Shown here: positions 1-9,421 of the stretch, piece by piece
Layout of the letters: each line of letters begins with the position of its first letter
How positions within the stretch are numbered: the stretch's first letter is position 1
DNA from: Candidatus Omnitrophota bacterium
GTDB lineage: Bacteria > Omnitrophota > Gorgyraeia > Gygaellales > Profunditerraquicolaceae
Length of the DNA: 64,000 bases
Direction: 5' to 3'
Assembly (NCBI GenBank): GCA_016867115.1
Contig: VGKG01000001.1
Location: 29,237 to 93,236, forward strand
Translations under genes and position numbers: made by a program
The notes under the pieces: generated by a model
The model's input: only the letters and a program-made list of their open reading frames with translations
Database searches by the model: none
What the model was told of the DNA's origin: nothing

Positions 1-528
1 TTTGACCTGAGCTGAAGCCACCGGCATGCGGTAGGTTATCGGCCGCAAGGACGTGCCTGTGACAGCGACGGGAGGATATTCTTCTTTAAGATCAGGCAGG
101 CGCTTTTTACAGCGGATTACCGCGCCCATTTTTCTTAAAGGAAGGGTGACGCGGCGCATGGGCCTGCGGGAAAGCGAACGTGCCGCAGCAAGCTTAGACG
201 TAAAGGGCTGCCCTGCCAATACGCCCATAAGCAGCCGCAAAGTAGTGCCGGATTCAGCCGCAAAAAGAGCTCCCGCGGGCTTCTTTAAACCAAAAAGGCC
301 CCTGCCGTAGATTTTAACGGAGGCGCCGTCGCGGTTTATCTTTACCCCTAATCTCTTAAGGCAGCTTAGCGTGGCGAGGCAATCTTTATTGGAGGGGAAA
401 TTTTCTATGCGGGTTACGCCTGCGCTTAATGCGCCCAGGATCGCCGCGCGGTGGGCAATGGATTTATCGCCGGCAAAAGTTACTCTTCCTTTTAACCGGA
501 GGATAGGCCTGACTGCGCAAGGCGCCAT
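1..528 (-). CDS. aroA: 3-phosphoshikimate 1-carboxyvinyltransferase (5' part; runs off window)
   Basis: Manual translation from ATG at 528: MAPCAVRPILRLKGRVTFAGDKSIAHRAAILGA (GDKS-x-HRA motif), later SGTTLRL and RPMRRV, typical of the EPSP synthase N-terminus. Confidence 0.9.
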   Translation of the reverse strand, partial: MAPCAVRPILRLKGRVTFAGDKSIAHRAAILGALSAGVTRIENFPSNKDCLATLSCLKRLGVKINRDGASVKIYGRGLFGLKKPAGALFAAESGTTLRLLMGVLAGQPFTSKLAAARSLSRRPMRRVTLPLRKMGAVIRCKKRLPDLKEEYPPVAVTGTSLRPITYRMPVASAQVK

Positions 529-1353
529 CTATTTTCTGACTACCTGATCGCCTTCGTTGATCTTATTCTTCAGATCCGGGACGGTAAAACCTGCGGCAGC
601 CATGGCGTCATGCAGTTTTTCTACTCTGATATCGCCAAGGTACTTATTGTTGCGATAGACCGAGAAAGTATCGCCCATCCTGACGCCGTCTTTACTGCCA
701 AGGCTGATCACGGCGAAATTATAATCTTTATTCATGACCAGGACCTTTCCTTCAAGGGCCTTCGCCTTTACTGCTACTGCTTTTGCCGCTGCCGTCTTTG
801 CCGGGGCCTTGGTCTGCGCCTTGGATGTCTTTGCGGATTTCTGCGCCTCGGGACTGACCACGATCGTGCCTAATTCCACTCCTTCGGTCTTGGCCTCCAG
901 GTCCTTCATCCTTGTCTCCAGGGAAGTCTTCTGCGCCTCCAGGTCTTTTACTACGGCCTGGGTCTTTCTCGCCTCGTCCTGAGCCTGATTGAACTTCTGT
1001 TCCAGGTCCGCCCTCAGGGTCTTCTGCTGTTCAAGGTCAGAACGCAATAGCTCTATCTTGGTGAGGGCCTCCTGCTTCGCGCTCTTCTCATGTTTCAAAT
1101 CCTCACCCAGCCTGTCGATCTGGACTTTTGCCTCCTGGAGTTTAAGCTGCAGTTCAGAGATCTTGGACTTGGCTTCCTGAAACTGCTCCTCCATAGTCCT
1201 GAGTTTCGCATCTGTGTCGCTAAGTTGCTGAGTAAGCAGGGTGCTTTTTTGCTGTTCTTTCTGGAAGAGGTAAAAACCGCCGCCGGCAAGGCCCAGAGAA
1301 ATAATGATCAATACGATTAAGATAACGACCGCGATTTTCGCCTTCTGGTTCAT
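529..1353 (-). CDS. Membrane-anchored coiled-coil protein with C-terminal beta domain
   Basis: N-terminal hydrophobic helix, long E/K/Q/L heptad region, A/K linker, C-terminal VISLGSKDGVRMGD beta-rich domain; GGAGG SD. Confidence 0.75.
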   Translation of the reverse strand: MNQKAKIAVVILIVLIIISLGLAGGGFYLFQKEQQKSTLLTQQLSDTDAKLRTMEEQFQEAKSKISELQLKLQEAKVQIDRLGEDLKHEKSAKQEALTKIELLRSDLEQQKTLRADLEQKFNQAQDEARKTQAVVKDLEAQKTSLETRMKDLEAKTEGVELGTIVVSPEAQKSAKTSKAQTKAPAKTAAAKAVAVKAKALEGKVLVMNKDYNFAVISLGSKDGVRMGDTFSVYRNNKYLGDIRVEKLHDAMAAAGFTVPDLKNKINEGDQVVRK

Positions 1354-1439
1354 ATCGCCTCCCTGTAAAAGATATGGTCTGCCCTTCCTTTATGTTACCC
1401 CTTAATATATCACCACTTAGTGAAAAATCAAGACTTTTT

Positions 1440-1540
1440 AATGAGCAGACAACTTATGGAACCGCCTGCCTACGGCAGGCAGAAAGCGAGTGATATAAGT
1501 TGTAGCTGCCTCATTTAATTATACTCAGCGTCTGCAAATT
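1440..1540 (+). repeat. Structured interspersed repeat family 1, module A, copy 1
   Basis: AATGAGCAG-ACAACTTAT..ATAAGTTGT-A-GCTG..CAGC-GT-CTGC-AAATT; homologous to 38890-38975 (+) and 40324-40403 (-). Confidence 0.85.
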
Positions 1541-1589
1541 ATCCCAAAAGGGATAGCCCTTCCTACACCTATAAGGAAGGGGCTTAATA

Positions 1590-1652
1590 CCGAGCGTGCG
1601 AAGAAGATTTTTAACTAAGAAATATCGGAAATCTTCGAGCGTTTACGCGAGG
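1590..1652 (+). repeat. Structured repeat family 1, module B, copy 1 (overlaps rluD 3' end)
   Basis: CCGAGCGTGCGAAGAAGATTT..AAATCTTCGAGCGTTTACGCGAGG; homologous to 38980-39029. Confidence 0.8.
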
Positions 1653-2571
1653 CAGATAGGGCTTCCTTACTAAAGACAACTTTGAATTCTTCCGGAATTT
1701 CGCTTGAGAACTCCATAAATATTCCGGTTGCCGGATGCGTGAAACCGAGGTATGTCGCATGCAGCGCAAGGCGCGTGAATGAGGCCTCCTTTCCGTATTT
1801 TTCATCGCCCAGTATCGGATGCCCGAGAAACGCAAGATGCACCCTTAACTGATGCGTCCTTCCGGTATAGGGCTCAAGCTCAAGGAGGCTGAAAGCGTCC
1901 CCGCGGCGGATGGTACGGTAATGCGTCTTTGCGTATTTTGTCCCTGCGCCGAAACCGGCGGCCATATTTTTGCGCTTTAGCGGATGCCTGCCGATAGGGA
2001 CCTCAATGACGCCTTCATCGAACTCGACTCTTCCTTTTACCAGGGCGACATATTTACGCCTGATCGAATGCTTTGCAAACTGGCGCGCGAGGGCAAGATG
2101 CGATTGATTATCCTTGGCGATCACCAGAAGGCCGCTGGTATCTTTATCCAGCCGATGCACGATGCCGGGCCGCTCGGGATTTATGTCGGAGAGTTTCTTA
2201 AAACGGTGCAATAACGCGTTCACCAGCGTATGGGAAGGATTTCCTGGGGCAGGATGAACCACAAGCCCGCACCCCTTATCGATCACCGCCAGGTGCCCGT
2301 CTTCATAGACAACATCCAGGGGGATGTCTTCTGCCAGGAGCCCGGAGGGAGCGCTTGGCTCGACGCTAAAAGCCACCTCATCTCCCAGTTTTAATTTATG
2401 GTGGCAAGTGGCGACCGCTTTTCCTGAAAGGCGCACCTTTCCTTGGCGGATAAGCTGCTGGATGCGGCTGCGCGACAGGCCTAGGTTATCCCGGCGGGAG
2501 ACCTCAACAAGCAGCAAGTCCAGGCGCTTGCCTGCGCCCTGCTCATCGACCTTGAATACGAACTCCTTCAT
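1615..2571 (-). CDS. rluD: RluA/RluD-family pseudouridine synthase
   Basis: S4-like N-terminus, HRLDKDTSG catalytic motif, TGRTHQLR, GHPILGD. Confidence 0.92.
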   Translation of the reverse strand: MKEFVFKVDEQGAGKRLDLLLVEVSRRDNLGLSRSRIQQLIRQGKVRLSGKAVATCHHKLKLGDEVAFSVEPSAPSGLLAEDIPLDVVYEDGHLAVIDKGCGLVVHPAPGNPSHTLVNALLHRFKKLSDINPERPGIVHRLDKDTSGLLVIAKDNQSHLALARQFAKHSIRRKYVALVKGRVEFDEGVIEVPIGRHPLKRKNMAAGFGAGTKYAKTHYRTIRRGDAFSLLELEPYTGRTHQLRVHLAFLGHPILGDEKYGKEASFTRLALHATYLGFTHPATGIFMEFSSEIPEEFKVVFSKEALSASRKRSKISDIS

Positions 2572-2576
2572 TTTAA

Positions 2577-3272
2577 TTACCTTTTCTTTCTTAAATGCAG
2601 GTATAAAGGCAGGGCGGTGAAAAAGAGCGCAAGGCTTAAGAAATGAAAGAGCGTCAGGCCATCCAGGATCCTGGGATTATCCTGACGCAAGAACTCTACG
2701 ATGAACCTCTTCACGGAATAAAGTATCAGGTAGGCGTAAAAGACCTCTCCTGCCCGGTGCGGCTTCTCCTGCAGGGACCTTAAACCGGCGTAGATCGCCA
2801 CCAGCGCCAGCGAAGAATAAAGTTGTACCGGGATCAGGGACGACTCATCCCCGAAGCAGCAACCGTTCAGCAGGCAACCGACCCTGCCGATGCCCTGGGC
2901 CAGGGCGACAAAGGGCGAAATCAGGTCGAGGATCCTGTAGACGGGAAGCCTCTTGTACTTGATATAAAAAATACTGAAGCCGACGCCGGAAATGAGCCCG
3001 CCGAACCAGGATAGCCCGCCGCGCTGAAACATCACTATCTCAGGCAGATCGGCCAGATAATGCGGCAGGTTCTCCGCAACGTAAAAGAGCCGCGCGCCGA
3101 TGACGCCGGAGACAAAGGCCCCGAAGGTGAGGTTCAGGATCACATCGGGGCTGACCCGCTCCTTTTTAGCCTGGAGGCAGGCCAGGAACGTAGCCACCAA
3201 AAAAGCAATGACCAGCATCAGGCCGTAGCTGTAGACGGTAAACGGTCCGATCCGGCAGATCTCAGGATACAT
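2577..3272 (-). CDS. lgt: Prolipoprotein diacylglyceryl transferase
   Basis: YSYG, GARLFYV, GGLSWFGG, GRVGCLLNGCCFG, RFIVEFLR; adjacent to lspA. Confidence 0.93.
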   Translation of the reverse strand: MYPEICRIGPFTVYSYGLMLVIAFLVATFLACLQAKKERVSPDVILNLTFGAFVSGVIGARLFYVAENLPHYLADLPEIVMFQRGGLSWFGGLISGVGFSIFYIKYKRLPVYRILDLISPFVALAQGIGRVGCLLNGCCFGDESSLIPVQLYSSLALVAIYAGLRSLQEKPHRAGEVFYAYLILYSVKRFIVEFLRQDNPRILDGLTLFHFLSLALFFTALPLYLHLRKKR

Positions 3273-3286
3273 ATTCGTAAATCATA

Positions 3287-3410
3287 AATTTCAAGCTATA
3301 AATTAAAAACTTCAAATGAATGTCAAATTGTACAATTTCAAATTAAAAACTTTAATTTGACATTTGTCATTTGGAATTCATTTGGCATTTGAAACTTGAC
3401 ATTTGAAATT
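3287..3410. repeat. AT-rich imperfect palindrome built of heptamer units
   Basis: Core hairpin TCAAATTAAA-AAC-TTTAATTTGA (3338-3360); right arm has ATTTGAC/ATTTGTC/ATTTGGA/ATTTGGC/ATTTGAA units, left arm has CAAAT units; ends AATTTCAA/TTGAAATT. Confidence 0.75.
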
Positions 3411-3843
3411 AACTAACCTTTTTTGTTTTCAAGATAGACAGAGCCAGCAATACGGCGCCGATAGTGATGGCGCTGTCTGCGACATTAAAAACCGGCCAGA
3501 TCCGGAAATCAAGGAAATCGACTACATAACCGAGGGTCAGCCGGTCAATAAGATTTCCCAGCGCCCCTGCCAGGATCAGGCTTAAAGCCGTACAGTAAAG
3601 CAGCGAACCTTTTTTCTCCTTAAGGCTGAACGCGATCAGGATCACGGCAAAGAGGCTGGTGACGATAAACAGGGGCAGCTGATTCTTCAGTATCCCGAAG
3701 GCAGCTCCCCGGTTATGGACCAGGGTAAGATGAAAAATATTCTTTACGACAGGGATCGAATCGTTCAGCGACAGATTCCTTTGCGCGATAAACTTAGTAA
3801 GGCAGTCTAAGGAAAGGACACAAAAAACGATGATGAAGATCAT
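3409..3843 (-). CDS. lspA: Signal peptidase II
   Basis: NRGAAFG, GALGNLIDR, VVDF and FNVAD motifs. Confidence 0.95.
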   Translation of the reverse strand: MIFIIVFCVLSLDCLTKFIAQRNLSLNDSIPVVKNIFHLTLVHNRGAAFGILKNQLPLFIVTSLFAVILIAFSLKEKKGSLLYCTALSLILAGALGNLIDRLTLGYVVDFLDFRIWPVFNVADSAITIGAVLLALSILKTKKVS

Positions 3844-3861
3844 CGGGAGGGGTTTTAAAGG

Positions 3862-4245
3862 TTAACGCTTCTCCCTCTTCTCCTGGCACTTGACGCAAAG
3901 GCGCGCGTGAGGGATTGCCTTGAGCCTGTTCTTGGCGATCAGATTCTTGCAGTCTTCGCAGATGCCGAATGTCCCCTCTTCTATCTTTTTGAGGACGTCG
4001 TCGAGCTCATAAAGGAGCTTGCGTTCGTTGGAGGCGAGCCCCAAGGAAAACTCGCGGTCATAGGTGTCCGTGGCCACATCCGCCATGTGGTAGGTATATC
4101 CGGAGATGTCGCCGGCGGCGTCTTTTTGGGATTTTTTCAGGGTGTCTTCGGAGGAATGCTTTATGCTGTCCAGGACCTCTTCCCTGCGCTTCAAGACGAT
4201 CTTTTTAAACTCCTGCAGCTCTTTTTTAGTGTATTTCTTCTTCAA
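3862..4245 (-). CDS. TraR/DksA-family C4 zinc-finger regulator
   Basis: Coiled coil with HMADVATD tip, CEDC...CVKC zinc finger; TTG start. Confidence 0.88.
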   Translation of the reverse strand: MKKKYTKKELQEFKKIVLKRREEVLDSIKHSSEDTLKKSQKDAAGDISGYTYHMADVATDTYDREFSLGLASNERKLLYELDDVLKKIEEGTFGICEDCKNLIAKNRLKAIPHARLCVKCQEKREKR

Positions 4246-4246
4246 C

Positions 4247-7030
4247 TTATTTCTCCTCTCTGATTGCCTGAAGACACTTTTCGCAGATCAGGGGATGCCC
4301 GACGGATTTTCCGACTTGGTCGCTGTAGTTCCAGCAGCGCACGCACTTTGCGCCGCAGGCTTTAAGCGCAACTATCTCTTTATCGAAGCTGGCCCTTTTC
4401 TCCACATTTACCTGTGAAACCTTAAAGATCTCGCAGAGTTCTGGTTTTAAGCTTTCTAAATATTTATAACGAATTTCATCTTTTGTCAACAGATTTATTT
4501 GGGCGTCAAAGGAGCTTCCGATTTCGCCCTTGCCGCGCAGGGCCTCAAGCTCTGCGGCGACAAGAGGCACCAGCTCTAAGACAGGCTTTAACTCGGATTC
4601 GATGTCTTTCCCGGAAGCGGCAAAATCATCCTGGGCAAAGACCGGATTGTGCCTTGGCCAGTCAGCCAGATGCACGTGTTTTAGCGCAACCTCAGCTCCT
4701 TCTTTAGGCATGTTCTGCCAGATCTCTTCTGCGCTGAATACCAGGATCGGAGCCATGATCCTGGCCAGGACGCTGAGGATCTCATAAATTACCGTTTGTG
4801 CCGCCCGCCTGGCAGTCGAATCCGGGGCATAAGTATAGAGCCTGCCCTTGACCATATCCAGATAATACATGGAGAGGTCTTCGTTGCAAAAATCATAGAT
4901 ACCCTTATAGGCCTTATAGAACTCAAAATCTCCGTAAGCCCGGCTGACCGAATCAAGCATCCGCATGAGCCTGAGCAATATCCAACTGTCGATCTTCGAC
5001 ATCTTTTCGTAAGGCACTTTATTTGCCCCGGGCTCAAAGTCATAGAGGTTGCTCAGGATAAACCGGCAGGTATTACGGATCTTGCGGTAAGCCTCGGCCA
5101 ATCGCGAGAGGATCTCGGGAGAGATCCGGATATCCTCGTTGTAGTCGCTTGACGCAGCCCAGAGCCTTAAGATGTCTGCGCCGTAATCTTTGATGATGTC
5201 GAAAGGCGAGATGACATTGCCCAGCGACTTAGACATCTTCCTGCCTTCGCCGTCCACCACGAATCCGTGCGTCAAGACCGCCTTAAAAGGCGGCTTCTGG
5301 TCGATGCACATCGCCGGAATCAGCGAAGACTGGAACCATCCCCGGTGCTGGTCAGAGCCTTCTAAGTACAGGGCGCAGGGAAACTCCAGCTCTTTTCTTT
5401 TTTTCAAGACTGCCTGGGCGCTCACTCCGGAATCAAACCAGACATCCAGGATATCCGTGCCCTTGGAAAACTCTCTTGCCCCGCATTGCGGGCAACTAAA
5501 ATCCGCGGGAAGGAAATCCTTCAGGTCATGCGTAAACCAGCTGTCAGAGCCTTCGGTTTCCACGAAACGGATGAAATTATCGATCACCGCGGGCGAAAGA
5601 GACTCTTCCCCGCACTTGGTGCAGCTGACCGCAGGAATAGGCACTCCCCAGTATCTCTGCCGGGAGAGGCACCAGTCCGGCCTCAGTTCTACCATAGCCG
5701 AGATCCTCTCCTTGCCTGATGCAGGTATCCACTCTACCTCCTTATCTATGGCTGCAAGCAGCTTCTTCCTCAGGTCCTTATGCTCCAGATTCAGGAACCA
5801 CTGCTTTGTCGCCCGGAAGATTATCGGCGTCTTGCAGCGCCAGCAATGCGGATAGGAGTGCCGGATACCGGAATTAAAGAGCAGGGCTCCAAGCGCAGTA
5901 AGATTCTCAAGGATAGCTTTATTCGCGTCGTAAATATTCATGCCCTTGAACTCCCCTGCGCTTGAGTCAAAGTTCCCCTTTGCGTCCACCGGCATCACGA
6001 CCTCCAGTTTATATTTCAGGCCGGTGAGGTAATCTTCGTTTCCGTGGCCGGGAGCGGTATGCACCAGGCCGGTCCCTTCGTCTTTAGAGACGTAATCAGC
6101 CAGGACCACCCTCCCCTTTCTCAGGCCGAACGGATGTTCGTAAGTCAGCCCTTCAAGGTCTTTTCCGCGAATCTCCTTGAGGACTTCGGAACTCTCGATA
6201 CCGGTATCTGCCAGGACTTTACCTGAAAGCTCCTTTGAGATAATCAGGTTTCCTTTTGCCGTCTTTACGTAAATATAGGTAAGACCGGGGTGGACTGCAA
6301 CCGCGACATTACCGATCAGGGTCCAGGGCGTGGTAGTCCAGATCAATAAAAACGCATCCTTACCGAAAGGCCCTGATTCCTGGAGTTTAAACTTTACGTA
6401 GATCGAAGGAGAAGTGCGCTCTTCATATTCCACTTCCGCCTCGGCAAGCGCAGTCTCGCATTTGTAGCACCAGTTCACCGGCTTAAGCCCGCGGTAGATG
6501 TATCCCTGCTTTACCAGTTCGCAGAAGGCGGCCAGTATCCCCTCTTCATAATCGGGCGTAAGCGTCAGATACGGATTCTCCCAGTCTCCGAAGACCCCCA
6601 GGCGCTTGAACTGCTCCCGCTGGGTATTCACGAAGCGCATGGCGTAATCAAAGGCTTTTTTGCGGAAATCCACCTGCCTGATCTGATATTTATTGATGCC
6701 CAGCTCCTTAAAGAGCTGATGCTCTACCGGCAATCCGTGGCAGTCCCATCCCGGGACATAGGCCGAGTCATGGCCCTGCATGGTCTTGAATTTCACGATG
6801 ATATCCTTAAGCGTCTTATTCAGGGCATGCCCTATATGGATATCGCCGTTAGCATAAGGCGGGCCGTCATGAAGGATGTATTTGGGCCTGCCTTTTGATT
6901 TTTCCGAAATAAGCCGGTAAATGCCCTTCTCCTGCCACTCCTTTAAAAGAAGGGGCTCGCGCCTGGGCAGGTCCGCCTTCATGGGAAATGAAGTCTTTGG
7001 CAGATTAAGGGTAGGTTTGTAGTCTGTCAT
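4247..7030 (-). CDS. ileS: Isoleucyl-tRNA synthetase
   Basis: [24 protein letters not shown]-terminal CVRC..CEKC; start moved to [11 protein letters not shown] (7030), directly after the mtnP stop. Confidence 0.97.
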   Translation of the reverse strand: MTDYKPTLNLPKTSFPMKADLPRREPLLLKEWQEKGIYRLISEKSKGRPKYILHDGPPYANGDIHIGHALNKTLKDIIVKFKTMQGHDSAYVPGWDCHGLPVEHQLFKELGINKYQIRQVDFRKKAFDYAMRFVNTQREQFKRLGVFGDWENPYLTLTPDYEEGILAAFCELVKQGYIYRGLKPVNWCYKCETALAEAEVEYEERTSPSIYVKFKLQESGPFGKDAFLLIWTTTPWTLIGNVAVAVHPGLTYIYVKTAKGNLIISKELSGKVLADTGIESSEVLKEIRGKDLEGLTYEHPFGLRKGRVVLADYVSKDEGTGLVHTAPGHGNEDYLTGLKYKLEVVMPVDAKGNFDSSAGEFKGMNIYDANKAILENLTALGALLFNSGIRHSYPHCWRCKTPIIFRATKQWFLNLEHKDLRKKLLAAIDKEVEWIPASGKERISAMVELRPDWCLSRQRYWGVPIPAVSCTKCGEESLSPAVIDNFIRFVETEGSDSWFTHDLKDFLPADFSCPQCGAREFSKGTDILDVWFDSGVSAQAVLKKRKELEFPCALYLEGSDQHRGWFQSSLIPAMCIDQKPPFKAVLTHGFVVDGEGRKMSKSLGNVISPFDIIKDYGADILRLWAASSDYNEDIRISPEILSRLAEAYRKIRNTCRFILSNLYDFEPGANKVPYEKMSKIDSWILLRLMRMLDSVSRAYGDFEFYKAYKGIYDFCNEDLSMYYLDMVKGRLYTYAPDSTARRAAQTVIYEILSVLARIMAPILVFSAEEIWQNMPKEGAEVALKHVHLADWPRHNPVFAQDDFAASGKDIESELKPVLELVPLVAAELEALRGKGEIGSSFDAQINLLTKDEIRYKYLESLKPELCEIFKVSQVNVEKRASFDKEIVALKACGAKCVRCWNYSDQVGKSVGHPLICEKCLQAIREEK

Positions 7031-7031
7031 C

Positions 7032-7892
7032 TTAACTAATGTATTTTCCGATGATGAGCTTAAGCCTTCTCTTGACCTTATCCGGGATGAATCTCCTGTC
7101 GGTGACAATAGCGTATTTCAGGGCGTCCTGACAGGCGCAGGTCCGCTCCTCAGGGATGTCCCGGATCATGCGGGTCAGTATGTTTTTTGCGTTATCGATG
7201 TTCCTGGTCAGGTTCTGGATCACCATCTCAATGGTCACGGAGGCATGGTGCGGATGCCAGCAGTCATAATCCGTCACCGCAGCCAGCGTCGAATAACAGA
7301 TCTCGGCCTCCCTCGCCAGTTTTGCCTCGGCGAAATTGGTCATGCCGATCACATCCATGCCCCAGGAACGGTAGAGATGCGATTCGGCTAAAGTAGAAAA
7401 GGCCGGGCCCTCCATATTTATATAGGTCCCCCGCTCATGGATCCTAAGGTTCAGGTCCTTTCCTGACTTGTATAACAGTCCCCTTAGTTCTTCGCAAACA
7501 GGATGGGCGAATCCGATGTGCGCCACGATACCCTCTTCAAAGAAGCTGGTATCTCTGGCATAATTGGTCCGGTCCACGAACTGGTCCACCGCGACAAAAT
7601 CAAGCGGCCTGAAATCCTCTTTAAGGCTCCCGCAGGCAGTGACCGAAATGATGCGCTCAACGCCCAACTTCTTCATGGCAAAGATATTGGCGCGGTAGTT
7701 GATGTGGCTGGGCGCTATACGGTGGCCCACGTCATGGCGCGGGACAAAGACCACTTCCTTCCCCTCCAGCTCTCCGATCACGAACCTTCCGGAGGGGCGG
7801 CCGAAAGGAGTGTTAAAGCATACTTTCTTTCTCACCTTTATGCCTTCGATCCTGTACAGGCCGCTTCCGCCGATGATCCCGATCCGCCCCAT
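7032..7892 (-). CDS. mtnP: S-methyl-5'-thioadenosine phosphorylase
   Basis: [36 protein letters not shown] motifs. Confidence 0.92.
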   Translation of the reverse strand: MGRIGIIGGSGLYRIEGIKVRKKVCFNTPFGRPSGRFVIGELEGKEVVFVPRHDVGHRIAPSHINYRANIFAMKKLGVERIISVTACGSLKEDFRPLDFVAVDQFVDRTNYARDTSFFEEGIVAHIGFAHPVCEELRGLLYKSGKDLNLRIHERGTYINMEGPAFSTLAESHLYRSWGMDVIGMTNFAEAKLAREAEICYSTLAAVTDYDCWHPHHASVTIEMVIQNLTRNIDNAKNILTRMIRDIPEERTCACQDALKYAIVTDRRFIPDKVKRRLKLIIGKYIS

Positions 7893-7894
7893 AT

Positions 7895-8707
7895 TTAGCC
7901 CCCTCCGGATAATTCCTGCGCCCGCTTGAAAGCCGCTTTTACGGCGTCGGCGACAGAACCGCCTGATTCCAGGACTTTCAGCCCCGCCTCGGTGGTCCCG
8001 CCTTTAGAGGCGACCTTTTTTATTAATTCCGGGCACGTCCAATTCCTGGCTTTCAATAAAGATACCGTTCCTTTCACGGTCTTTTCGGATAATCTTTGCG
8101 CAAGGACTCTGTCAAATCCGATGCCTGCCGCTGCAAGGGTCAATTCTTCAATAAACTTATCCACCCCAGCAGCATCATTAACAGAAGTCTTTACGCAATA
8201 ACAAAAAAATGCAGGCCCGCTCCCCGAAACCGCGGTTACGGCATCCATCATTTTTTCATCAGCAATATCGGCCGATAAACCGATGAACCTCAATAATTGC
8301 CTTGTAATATCAAGGTCTGATTCATTAGCCGACTTGCCCTTATATAGCCCCGAGAAACCTTCTCCGATCACCGCCGGAAGATTAGGCATGGCCCGCACGA
8401 CTCGCGAGCAGTTTAATATGTTCTCGATATAAGACGCCTTGGTCCCCGCGGCGATTGAGATGATGAGCTTATCTTTTACGCCCGGCTTAATCTCCTCTAA
8501 GAGCATTTCCATGTCCTGCGGCTTTACCGCCAGGATCACGGCATCTGCCATCCCCGCTAATTCAGCCGCGCTGCCCGCAAGTTCAAGATTTGAAAGATCG
8601 CCGGTCTTTGAGGCGTCTTTATCAAAGACAAGGACCCTGTAATCTTTTTTGATCCTTTCGGCTATTGCCGAACCCATATTCCCGAATCCTATAATGCCGA
8701 TCGTCAT
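7895..8707 (-). CDS. proC: Pyrroline-5-carboxylate reductase
   Basis: GFGNMG, LAVKPQ, RAMPN, SGSGPA, SKGGTT. Confidence 0.92.
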   Translation of the reverse strand: MTIGIIGFGNMGSAIAERIKKDYRVLVFDKDASKTGDLSNLELAGSAAELAGMADAVILAVKPQDMEMLLEEIKPGVKDKLIISIAAGTKASYIENILNCSRVVRAMPNLPAVIGEGFSGLYKGKSANESDLDITRQLLRFIGLSADIADEKMMDAVTAVSGSGPAFFCYCVKTSVNDAAGVDKFIEELTLAAAGIGFDRVLAQRLSEKTVKGTVSLLKARNWTCPELIKKVASKGGTTEAGLKVLESGGSVADAVKAAFKRAQELSGGG

Positions 8708-9373
8708 CTAACCCTCGAATATCGCCCGGCCGAGGCGGATCATATTCGCGCCTTCTTCTATGGCTGTCTTGTAATCGTCAGTCATGCCCATGGATAAAGC
8801 CAGGGACCCGTAACTCGTAACTCGTAACTCGTAAATTTTGTCCCGTAATTCTTTTAGGCGCCGGAAATAAAGCCGCGCCTTTTCAGGATTGTCGACGAGA
8901 GGGGCGATCGTCATCAATCCTTTGATACTGACGTTTTTTAACGCCTTAATGATCAGAAATGCCTCAATCAGGCTCTCCGGCCGAAGGCCAAATTTGCTTT
9001 CTTCGCCTGAGGTATTCACCTGGATCAGGATATCCTGGACCTTATTGATCTTTGCCGCCTGCCTATCGATCTCTTCGGCAAGATGCAGGCTATCCACCGA
9101 ATGGATCAGGTCAAAAATCCTGACTGCGTCTTTGGCTTTATTCGTCTGCAGGTGACCGACCATGTGCCATCTTATCGGTTGTGTGCCGTAAGCAGTATGC
9201 TGTATGCCGCGGTACTTCGTCAGGGCTTCCTGAGCCTTATTCTCGCCGATATCACGGATCCCGGCTGCGATCACCTCCACGATCTGATCAATAGTCCTGC
9301 CCTTAGTGACGCAGACAATAGCCACCGTATCCGGGACTTCCTTACGTAGCTTGCGGATATTCTCGCTGATCAT
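8708..9373 (-). CDS. yggS: YggS-family PLP-binding protein
   Basis: CVTK, GENKAQE, WHMVGHLQTNK, LSMGMTDD, IRLGRAIF. Confidence 0.93.
   Translation of the reverse strand: MISENIRKLRKEVPDTVAIVCVTKGRTIDQIVEVIAAGIRDIGENKAQEALTKYRGIQHTAYGTQPIRWHMVGHLQTNKAKDAVRIFDLIHSVDSLHLAEEIDRQAAKINKVQDILIQVNTSGEESKFGLRPESLIEAFLIIKALKNVSIKGLMTIAPLVDNPEKARLYFRRLKELRDKIYELRVTSYGSLALSMGMTDDYKTAIEEGANMIRLGRAIFEG
8809..8836. repeat. Heptamer tandem repeat inside yggS
   Basis: (CGTAACT)x3 + CGTAAAT. Confidence 0.85.
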
Positions 9374-9386
9374 ATCTTGGATTAAT

Positions 9387-9414
9387 ATTATACACGAGAA
9401 TCATGGCGGGTCAA
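9387..9414 (-). promoter_or_regulatory. Sigma70-type promoter of the yggS-proC-mtnP-ileS unit
   Basis: TTGACC-16 nt-TATAAT, ending 13 nt before the yggS ATG. Confidence 0.65.
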
Positions 9415-9421
9415 GCGAAGC

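Noticed and set aside
53-310. 85-aa plus-strand ORF
   Set aside because: Lies antisense within aroA
7031-7108. 26-aa N-terminal extension of IleS in the ORF track
   Set aside because: Overlaps mtnP; the conserved IleS start is MTDYK at 7030
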